Positions 57,485-64,000 of a DNA stretch of 64,000 nucleotides are shown here, piece by piece. The position numbers and the translations under genes are program-made. The notes under the pieces were generated by a model. The model did no database searches. It was given only the letters and a program-made list of their open reading frames with translations, and was not told the DNA's origin. Source of the stretch: Candidatus Micrarchaeota archaeon (GTDB lineage: Archaea; B1Sed10-29; JAJSAI01); the NCBI GenBank assembly GCA_964625085.1, contig CAZVAJ010000001.1:37708-101707 (forward strand). Direction: 5' to 3'. Position 1 is the stretch's first letter. Every line of letters starts with the position of its first letter.

Positions 57485-58054
57485 ATGCTTTCGCTGGAAC
57501 AGGGAACAGAACTTGTTAAAATAGCCAGAGAGGCAATAATGTCTGAAGAAAAAGAGCATCCTAGAAACTGGCTTAACGAAAAAAGAGGGATATTTGTCAC
57601 AGTAAACACTTATCCAGATCATGTTCTAAGAGGGTGTATAGGATTTCCTTACCCTGAAAGGCCCTTGATAGAAACGGTAAAAGAAGCTGCCAGAGCAGCT
57701 GCTTTCGGTGACCCGAGGTTCTTACCTGTTGACCTGGAGAAAGAGGAGATAGTCATAGAAGTAAGCGTGCTCTCAGAACCAGAGCGGCTTGACTGCAAGC
57801 CAGAAGAAAGGCCAGAGCACATTGTTGTGGGAAAGCATGGCATTATAGTGAAAAAGGGGATGAATTCGGGGCTGCTGCTTCCTCAGGTTGCAGTAGAGTA
57901 CGGCATGACTCCTGAAGAGTTCTTGTCAGAAACTTGTCTGAAAGCAGGTTTGGAAGCGAACGCGTGGATAGAACATGATACACGGGTATACGTTTTTAGC
58001 GCGCAGGTTTTTGCAGAGAAAACGCCAGAAGGAAAAGTGGAGGAGATAATGTGA
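57485..58054 (+). CDS. amrA: AMMECR1-domain protein (AmmeMemoRadiSam system protein A)
   Basis: LRGCIGFPYPERPL with the conserved Cys, and overall AMMECR1 length of 189 aa. Confidence 0.8.
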   Translation: MLSLEQGTELVKIAREAIMSEEKEHPRNWLNEKRGIFVTVNTYPDHVLRGCIGFPYPERPLIETVKEAARAAAFGDPRFLPVDLEKEEIVIEVSVLSEPERLDCKPEERPEHIVVGKHGIIVKKGMNSGLLLPQVAVEYGMTPEEFLSETCLKAGLEANAWIEHDTRVYVFSAQVFAEKTPEGKVEEIM

Positions 58055-59283
58055 GCATACTAATAAAGGACGTTATGCTACCTTGGGGACGGAAAGCAAG
58101 CGTCAGCATTTTAGGAAACAGAATCGTGGAAGTGGGAAAGAACATTAAAGGAGAGCATGAACACGTGCTGGACGGGAAAGGATGCCTTCTTGTTCCAGGG
58201 CTAGTGAATGCCCATACCCATATTGCCATGACCGGATTCAGAGGAATTGCGGATGATCTTCCCTTGCAGGAGTGGTTAGAAGAACACATCTGGCCTGCGG
58301 AGAAAGAGAAAGTGAACCCTGATTTCGTGTACTGGAATTCCCTGCTGGGGATTATTGAAATGCTCAAAAGCGGAACCACTGGTTTTGTGGACATGTACTT
58401 CCATGAGAACAAGACAGCTGAGGCTGTAGAAAAAGCAGGGATAAGAGCCTGGCTAGGAGAGGGTGTTGCAGACACATTCGAACCTGTTGAAAAAACGCTT
58501 GCCAAAGTAGAACAGTTGATGAAAACAAGAACGGACTACGTGAACGTGATTGTTTCTCCTCATGCAGTCTACACGTGTTCTGAAGAAACTCTTGCAAAGA
58601 CTGCTGAATTCGCTGAAGAGCATGACCTGTTGTTGCAGGTTCACGCAGCAGAGAACAAGAAAGAGGTCAAGGATTCTCTTGAGCAGACTGGCATGCGGCC
58701 TGTTGAATATCTTAATGAAGTAGGCGTTCTCAGCCCAAGAACATTAATCGCTCACGGGGTCTGGGTTACTGACCAGGAAATTCAGATGATTTCAGAGTCA
58801 GGAACAAGTGTTGCGTATAATCCTGAGAGTAACGCAAAACTGGGCAGCGGGGTCGCGCCAGTACGCGAGTACATCGGCAAAGGCGTGAACGTGGTCCTGG
58901 GAACAGATGGGTGCGCGAGCAACAATAATCTTGACATGGTGCAGGAGATGAGAACAGGGCTTTTCATGCAGAAGGTTGTACACCATGACCCTACTGCACT
59001 GCGGGCAGAAGAAGCATTGGCCCTAGCAACGCATAATGCGTATAACTTTCTTTCTCTTGACGTGGGCTTAGAAGAGGGGAAACTATCTGACCTTGCGCTT
59101 ATTAGTATGAAAAAGCCACACATGCAGCCAGTGCATGATGCTGTTTCAAACCTTGTGTACTCCGGTTCCGGGCCTGACGTTATTGCAACAATTGTTAACG
59201 GTAGGCTTGTGTATGATGGGAAAGAAGTGCTTGGCGTGGACGAGCAGGAAGTAATAGAAAAGGTTAATGGTTTTTGGAAGTGA
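58051..59283 (+). CDS. mtaD: amidohydrolase of the MTA/SAH (5'-deoxyadenosine) deaminase family (MtaD/DadD)
   Basis: Metal-binding NAHTHIAM, HAAE and a TDG...N pattern. 410 aa. Confidence 0.75.
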   Translation: MSILIKDVMLPWGRKASVSILGNRIVEVGKNIKGEHEHVLDGKGCLLVPGLVNAHTHIAMTGFRGIADDLPLQEWLEEHIWPAEKEKVNPDFVYWNSLLGIIEMLKSGTTGFVDMYFHENKTAEAVEKAGIRAWLGEGVADTFEPVEKTLAKVEQLMKTRTDYVNVIVSPHAVYTCSEETLAKTAEFAEEHDLLLQVHAAENKKEVKDSLEQTGMRPVEYLNEVGVLSPRTLIAHGVWVTDQEIQMISESGTSVAYNPESNAKLGSGVAPVREYIGKGVNVVLGTDGCASNNNLDMVQEMRTGLFMQKVVHHDPTALRAEEALALATHNAYNFLSLDVGLEEGKLSDLALISMKKPHMQPVHDAVSNLVYSGSGPDVIATIVNGRLVYDGKEVLGVDEQEVIEKVNGFWK

Positions 59284-59296
59284 GCAGCTGTCAGGA

Positions 59297-59452
59297 TTAG
59301 TTCAGTCTGCCTGCTGCTCTCGCTTTCTCAAGACAGTCTGAGTGCCAATAACTTCCAAGGTACTCTTTGTCTGCTCCGCTTCTTCCGCAGAACTTGCACA
59401 CTCTGTTATTCTGCTGTTCATATCTTTTTTGGACATCTTCAACTATTCCCAT
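59297..59452 (-). CDS. putative small zinc-ribbon protein (51 aa, unannotated) downstream of glyA
   Basis: My own translation gives MGIVEDVQKRYEQQNNRVCKFCGRSGADKEYLGSYWHSDCLEKARAAGRLN, with a CxxC...HxxC pattern. Starts 18 nt after the glyA stop. Confidence 0.35.
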   Translation of the reverse strand: MGIVEDVQKRYEQQNNRVCKFCGRSGADKEYLGSYWHSDCLEKARAAGRLN

Positions 59453-59469
59453 TCTTTTTACCTCCTTTG

Positions 59470-60711
59470 CTAGTATGATAAACCAGGATAAAGGGGATAC
59501 CTTGAAAGCAGTTCTTTGACCTCTGAAGCCACCTTTTTTATCACTTCCATGTTGTCAATGTTCTCCAGTACTCTTATCATAAGTTCTGCAACATGACGCG
59601 CATTTTCTTCTTTCATACCCCTTGTGGTTATGGCAGGAGTTCCTATCCTAATACCGCTGGGGTCAACCGGCTTTCTTTTGTCAAACGGGATCATGTTCTT
59701 GTTGACTGTTATTCCTGCTTGTTCAAGAGCGTCCTGCGCTTGTTTTCCGCTCAATCCTTTTTCTGCAACATCGATTAGGAACAGGTGATTGTCAGTACCC
59801 CCTGTCACCAGCCTGTAACCATAATCAAGAAAAACATCTGCCATTGCCTTTGCGTTTTTAACGACCTGTGCTTGGTACATCTTGAAATCCGGCTGCATAG
59901 CAAGCTTGAAGCACAAGGCTTTTGCTGCTATCGTGTGCTCATGAGGCCCTCCTTGCAGAACTGGGAAAACAGCCTTGTCTATTTTCTTGGCGTGCTCCTG
60001 CTTGCACAGGATAAGTCCGCTTCGCGGGCCTCTTAGTGTTTTGTGAGTGGTTGTTGTGACAGCGTCACAGTATGGGACCGGGCTTGGGTGCAGTCCTGCA
60101 GCAACCAGTCCTGCAATATGCGCGATGTCTGCCACGCAGTATGCCCCTACCTCGTCTGCTATCTCCTTGAATGCTTTGAAGTTTATTATCCTCGGGTAGG
60201 CGCTTGCTCCGCACACGATCATTTCAGGCTTTTCCTGTCTGGCCTGCCCCAGTATCTTATCATAGTCGAGCATTTCTGTTTCAGGATCAACATCATAGGA
60301 GAGCCCTTGGTAGTATTTTCCTGAAACGCTCATTTTGTAGCCGTGACTCAGGTGACCACCTGAGGCCAGACTCATGCCAAGTATCTTGTCCCCTGGCTTG
60401 AGCAGGGCAAGGTAAACCGCGAGATTGGCAGGACAGCCTGACAATGGCTGCACGTTAGCGTGCTCTGCTCCAAATAACTGCTTGGCCCGGTTTATAGCCA
60501 GCTGTTCTATCCTGTCAATATGCTGATTGCCGCCATAGTACCGTTTTCCAGGGTACCCTTCTGCGTACTTGTTTGTGGGAACAGAGCCCATCGCCTCAAG
60601 CACTTCCCCTGGAACAAAGTTTTCTGATGCTATCAGTTCTATCGTGTTCCTCTGTCTCTCAAGCTCTTTTTCCAGAATTCCCGCAAGCTCAGGGTCAGTA
60701 TCACGGATCAT
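59470..60711 (-). CDS. glyA: serine hydroxymethyltransferase
   Basis: PLP-lysine motif [11 protein letters not shown] and overall SHMT conservation. 413 aa. Confidence 0.9.
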   Translation of the reverse strand: MIRDTDPELAGILEKELERQRNTIELIASENFVPGEVLEAMGSVPTNKYAEGYPGKRYYGGNQHIDRIEQLAINRAKQLFGAEHANVQPLSGCPANLAVYLALLKPGDKILGMSLASGGHLSHGYKMSVSGKYYQGLSYDVDPETEMLDYDKILGQARQEKPEMIVCGASAYPRIINFKAFKEIADEVGAYCVADIAHIAGLVAAGLHPSPVPYCDAVTTTTHKTLRGPRSGLILCKQEHAKKIDKAVFPVLQGGPHEHTIAAKALCFKLAMQPDFKMYQAQVVKNAKAMADVFLDYGYRLVTGGTDNHLFLIDVAEKGLSGKQAQDALEQAGITVNKNMIPFDKRKPVDPSGIRIGTPAITTRGMKEENARHVAELMIRVLENIDNMEVIKKVASEVKELLSRYPLYPGLSY

Positions 60712-61298
60712 TTTTCCACCTTTGAGAGTATCTCTTTGTGTATGTCTTCAGGTGACCTGAGCGCGTTATTCTTAACGCAGTCAATCACTTTCCACCCTTG
60801 TTTTTCCGCGATCTCCAGGTACTTGAGCCGGACAGTTTTTTGGTAGGGCATGTCAAGCTCGTGCAGATCTTTTTCTTTTTCTCTCATCAGCATTTCAGAA
60901 ACCTCTGCAGGCATGTTCATCAAAAAAACAGCGTCAGGGTTAGGAAGCCTGCTGGCACAGCTGGTTATCCAGTCTTCTAAAAGTTCTCCTCCTGGCCTTG
61001 CTGTTTGGTACGCGAGGTTTGAGTACCAGTACCTGTCGCACACGAGCACCCCTTCTTGCGAGATTTTTTCCACGCTCTTTTTTTTCGCGTACATGTCAAG
61101 CAGGTAAAGCAGGATCGCTTCTTCTGGAGGATGTTTTCCTGTTGTCAGGTAATTTTTTATGAATGCGCCGTACTCGGAACCGTAGTCAGGAAACGTTAGG
61201 TACTCTGCTTTAAGCCCTTGTTTCTTGAAAGCTGAAACAAGCATTTTCGCTTGAGTTTCTTTACCAGTCGCGTCTGCTCCTTCAATTACTATGAACAT
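60708..61298 (-). CDS. tmk: thymidylate kinase
   Basis: P-loop [13 protein letters not shown] and DRY motif. ATGA overlap with glyA. Confidence 0.85.
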   Translation of the reverse strand: MFIVIEGADATGKETQAKMLVSAFKKQGLKAEYLTFPDYGSEYGAFIKNYLTTGKHPPEEAILLYLLDMYAKKKSVEKISQEGVLVCDRYWYSNLAYQTARPGGELLEDWITSCASRLPNPDAVFLMNMPAEVSEMLMREKEKDLHELDMPYQKTVRLKYLEIAEKQGWKVIDCVKNNALRSPEDIHKEILSKVEK

Positions 61299-62653
61299 TA
61301 TACCACCTTAGGATCTTTTTCCAACGGCCCATGCCATCTGTCCAGTTCATTCCGTTCTCTCAAGGTTCTTTCGCAGTAGCCGCAAGGGTTGCGTTCAGGG
61401 CAGTATCCGTACACTACTCCTTGCGGTTCTGCCCATTTTCCCAGCGCAGGATTACGTTCCTTTATTTTGCAGGCGATCTGTTTTGCTATTTCTCTTATTT
61501 CCCACTGTGCTTCAAAACAGGTTCTTTTTCCTATAGAGTGTATTGCATTCCAGCCGTTCACGTGAATCAAGTCATACAGTTTAAGGGCGTGGGGAACCAA
61601 CCCTATTGCATTGTTCCTGCCAATATTTTCTTTTTCTTCCTTGTAGGCTGATAAAAGCTGGCCTGCTAGATCCTTAAACTCTTTCCCAAAACCTCTTGAC
61701 TCGACCGTGACAGGCAGGACCAGTTCCTCTCTTTCTGCTGCTGAAAAGATTGATTCTACGGCATGGTCCCAAGTTCTTTGCCTGATAGCCTGGTGGAATG
61801 CTGCAAGAGACATTCCTGCAAGAAACCCTTGCAGGTGGCAGCCGTTGTGAGAATGTTTCAGAAGAGACAGCAGTGCTTCATCGCGTTCAGCTACTGCTTT
61901 TTGTATAATCCCTTCAGGTATAGGGTGTTCCACGAGCTTCACTTCATTACTTTTGTTAGCCTGAACTATTTCATCCATTAGCGGATTGTCAGAGTACAAC
62001 TGTGATGATGGATACCACGCGAGCACTTCATAGTTGTATCCCCAGTTCCTGAAAAGGCCTGGTGCGGTTTCTTCCGCCTTCTCGCGCATGCTTTTCACAA
62101 CTTCTTTTACTTCTGAAGGGGCGTCAGAGTGTTCTGTCATCCAGAACAGGTGGGAGAGTTCCCTTGCGTTTCCCGCGGTCTGGATGTTTGTTTTAGTGTA
62201 CAATGGCAGGATGTACCTGGCGTCTTCTCCTGGAACTCCTGCTTTTTTCATTTCCTCGTACAGTTTGAAAGCGTCTGACATGAGTTCTGCTGATTCCTTT
62301 CCCATTCCTTCTGGAACGTGAAATCCTCTGTCAGCACTGGCCCTCCGAAGGGACTGCTGCAAGTGCATCAGATATTGGGGCAGGCATAACTGCAGGGTCG
62401 CTGCCCTTGAAAGATCCCTGATGCTGAAGATGAATATGTTCTGATCCTGCACTGATCCGTGGCCTCTTCCTGCAGAATTTTTTAACACACCTCTTACCTT
62501 TTTCTTGTCCTGCTTGTAGTCCTCGTACAAGGACAAAGAATCAAGCTGTTCAAAACAACCTAAAGCTCCGAAGGCAGAGGTTTCTTCTGGGCTGGGGCCT
62601 TCCCGCCCGTTTACAGAAAACAAACTAACCGTTGGCATGGAAGTAATAAGCAC
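61298..62653 (-). CDS. thyX: tandem-domain ThyX-like flavin-dependent thymidylate synthase (N-domain degenerate; C-domain RQR-x7-S instead of RHR-x7-S; extra C-terminal Cys cluster)
   Basis: The C-terminal half has AAFHQAIRQRTWDHAVES, aligning with the ThyX FVARQWFRHRIASYNELS motif. The N-terminal half keeps a ThyX-like HGSVQDQNIFIFSIRDLSRAA block but has no RHR. Ends CPERNPCGYCER. Co-oriented with tmk and glyA. Confidence 0.5.
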   Translation of the reverse strand: MLITSMPTVSLFSVNGREGPSPEETSAFGALGCFEQLDSLSLYEDYKQDKKKVRGVLKNSAGRGHGSVQDQNIFIFSIRDLSRAATLQLCLPQYLMHLQQSLRRASADRGFHVPEGMGKESAELMSDAFKLYEEMKKAGVPGEDARYILPLYTKTNIQTAGNARELSHLFWMTEHSDAPSEVKEVVKSMREKAEETAPGLFRNWGYNYEVLAWYPSSQLYSDNPLMDEIVQANKSNEVKLVEHPIPEGIIQKAVAERDEALLSLLKHSHNGCHLQGFLAGMSLAAFHQAIRQRTWDHAVESIFSAAEREELVLPVTVESRGFGKEFKDLAGQLLSAYKEEKENIGRNNAIGLVPHALKLYDLIHVNGWNAIHSIGKRTCFEAQWEIREIAKQIACKIKERNPALGKWAEPQGVVYGYCPERNPCGYCERTLRERNELDRWHGPLEKDPKVV

Positions 62654-62707
62654 AAAAAGTATATAATGATTAGTCCATGTAAAAACAGGTTCTGCGGATG
62701 CTGCTTT

Positions 62708-63199
62708 TTACTCTGATTTTTTAAGCCTTTCGTTCAGCACTTTGTGCATGTGTTCTCTCAGTTCTCCTTTTCCTCTGCGCACCAGTGAACGTGAGGTGAA
62801 CAGTTCATGGTACTCTTTTGGCCCAAGCTTATTCTTCAGACTTTTTGTCACCTTATAAAAATCAGTCTTACTGCCTAACATCTCTGATAAAACAGCGGGA
62901 TCTACTTTTTGTCCTGTTCCTTTTTTGTACTCCTGAGCAAACATTAGCGCAGCGTATTCGTTTGCTGAAAGGTCAACTGTCTTCCTTGTTTTCACATTAC
63001 CTATTACCGCGGGAATTTTTCCTTCTTTAACAAGCTTTCTGAACTTTTGGACTGCTGTGGGTTTAGACAAGCCTGTTAACTTGAGAATCTGCTCAAGCGA
63101 AGGAGGATGCCTGTATTTGTTAAAGTAGTCAAAGTATGCTTCTTCAAAATTTTTCTTTTTAGGCCTTCTTCTTGCTGTTGGCATAGTAGAATAAGGCAC
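62708..63199 (-). CDS. hypothetical basic protein with HTH-like segment (163 aa)
   Basis: LEQILKLTGLSKPTAVQKF resembles a helix-turn-helix. No confident family assignment. Confidence 0.3.
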   Translation of the reverse strand: MPYSTMPTARRRPKKKNFEEAYFDYFNKYRHPPSLEQILKLTGLSKPTAVQKFRKLVKEGKIPAVIGNVKTRKTVDLSANEYAALMFAQEYKKGTGQKVDPAVLSEMLGSKTDFYKVTKSLKNKLGPKEYHELFTSRSLVRRGKGELREHMHKVLNERLKKSE

Positions 63200-63217
63200 G
63201 AAGGAAGTATTAAAAGG

Positions 63218-64000
63218 TTAGTGTATTTTTAGACTTTTGCTTCCCCTGGAGTAAACAACCACCCTGCTTGGGGGCTGTTCTCCGCCGTACTCCCAACCAA
63301 GATTCTTGTTTATCTCTTCTGCAAATTTTTTAACATATTCATGAGAGGGCATGTTCTCTAGCGAGAGCCTTTGCCTGCTTCCTCCTACAAACATGTATGC
63401 TTTCACCTCAAGAAAGTCGGCTCCTGACTTTTCCACAAGCTTGGCGTAACCTGCTGGATCTTTATCATTCCAGCCTTTGACCACTGTTATTCTGATTACT
63501 CTTCTAACGTCTGGCATGCCGCTCATTAGCTCAAGGCTTCTGTTAAGCCTTTTCCAGGAATCTGCAAGCATGGGCACGTTTACTTTTTTGTGGGTTTTCT
63601 CGTCTGGAGCATCAAGAGAAAAGTACAATTGGGTGGGTTTTTCAGTCATGTCCTCAAGTCTTTCTGGAAGCATTGCATTGGATACCAAGAAAGTAGTGAA
63701 ATCTCTCCTCTTGTACTCGTGCACTAAGTCCCAGATCATAGGGTATAAGGTGGGTTCTCCGGCAAGAGAGATTGCGACTTGGTTTGGGTTAAGCGCTTCT
63801 TCATACTTTTTTCTGTCCAGGTTCTTTAGTCCGCCGTAACCTGACAGCAGCGTTCTCTGTGCTCTGATAGATTCTTCAACTATCTCTTTTGGATCGTCCC
63901 ATTTCTTGGGCTGGAAGGCTGCTGGCGCGTACTCCCAAGACCTCCAGCAGAACACACACCTCTGGTTGCAGTAGAGATTAGGGGTCATCTGCAAGCACCT
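63218..64000 (-). CDS. taw1: tRNA 4-demethylwyosine synthase Taw1/TYW1 (radical SAM), 5'-truncated by window end
   Basis: CNQRCVFCWR radical-SAM cluster motif. VAISLAGEPTLYP, FTTFLVSN, PTQLYFSLDA and FLEVKAYMFVGGS closely match Methanocaldococcus Taw1. The auxiliary-cluster N-terminus is missing. Confidence 0.75.
   Translation of the reverse strand, partial: RCLQMTPNLYCNQRCVFCWRSWEYAPAAFQPKKWDDPKEIVEESIRAQRTLLSGYGGLKNLDRKKYEEALNPNQVAISLAGEPTLYPMIWDLVHEYKRRDFTTFLVSNAMLPERLEDMTEKPTQLYFSLDAPDEKTHKKVNVPMLADSWKRLNRSLELMSGMPDVRRVIRITVVKGWNDKDPAGYAKLVEKSGADFLEVKAYMFVGGSRQRLSLENMPSHEYVKKFAEEINKNLGWEYGGEQPPSRVVVYSRGSKSLKIH

Noticed and set aside
57996-58505. 169-aa minus-strand ORF
   Set aside because: Antisense to mtaD.
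1-64000. CRISPR arrays, rRNA, transposases or integrases, restriction-modification or other defence islands
   Set aside because: No regularly spaced direct repeats, no rRNA-like stretches and no transposase or integrase-like ORFs. The window is almost entirely conserved housekeeping genes.

Overview
This window is a compact archaeal chromosomal segment. It is roughly 95% coding and dominated by housekeeping genes, many joined in ATGA-overlap operons. I found no rRNA, tRNA or CRISPR.

Main features, in order:
- Base 1 to about 6.1 kb: the end of enolase, then rps2, a MEMO1-family gene, mevalonate kinase, isopentenyl-phosphate kinase, type-2 IPP isomerase, and a truncated GluRS-like gene.
- About 6.1 to 12.4 kb, ribosomal and translation cluster: L7Ae, S28e, L24e, aIF5B, S6e, aIF2gamma, a PIN-domain gene, inorganic pyrophosphatase, rpoE, spt4, S24e, S27ae.
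- A CAAX-type membrane protease, Kae1, a short Orc1/Cdc6, then a minus-strand operon of a DUF92 protein, CDP-archaeol synthase (CarS) and a mini archaeosortase-like protein, then S3Ae, S15 and the Bud32 kinase.
- A KaiC-like ATPase, secF/secD, trmI, archaeosine tRNA-guanine transglycosylase (tgtA), Nog1, tyrS.
- Adjacent PolD small and large subunits. The large subunit is 1599 aa and carries a 474-aa LAGLIDADG intein that ends in Gln.
- SepF, a second Orc1/Cdc6, a SAMHD1/dGTPase-like HD protein, Hel308, NAC, FKBP, proteasome beta, aCPSF1, Asn/Asp-tRNA synthetase.
- A minimal six- to seven-gene group-4 (Ech/Mbh-type) [NiFe] hydrogenase with a HycI protease.
- NucS, a Fap7-like adenylate kinase, and a surface operon: an 819-aa secreted protein with a PGF-CTERM-like tail, a small ORF, and a class-III-signal pilin.
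- AMMECR1, MtaD, glyA, tmk, a tandem ThyX-like gene, and the 3' part of Taw1.

Most worth a second look:
- The GluRS-like gene with a degenerate HIGH motif and no anticodon-binding domain.
- The Gln-terminated intein in PolD that carries a homing endonuclease.
- The lipid-synthesis / archaeosortase operon and its likely cargo protein.
- The minimal energy-converting hydrogenase.
- The tandem ThyX-like gene with RHR changed to RQR.
- Several unannotated small ORFs, among them rps27ae and a Zn-ribbon ORF downstream of glyA.

No single complete, obviously novel multi-gene system stands out. The findings list gives the candidates and how to check them.
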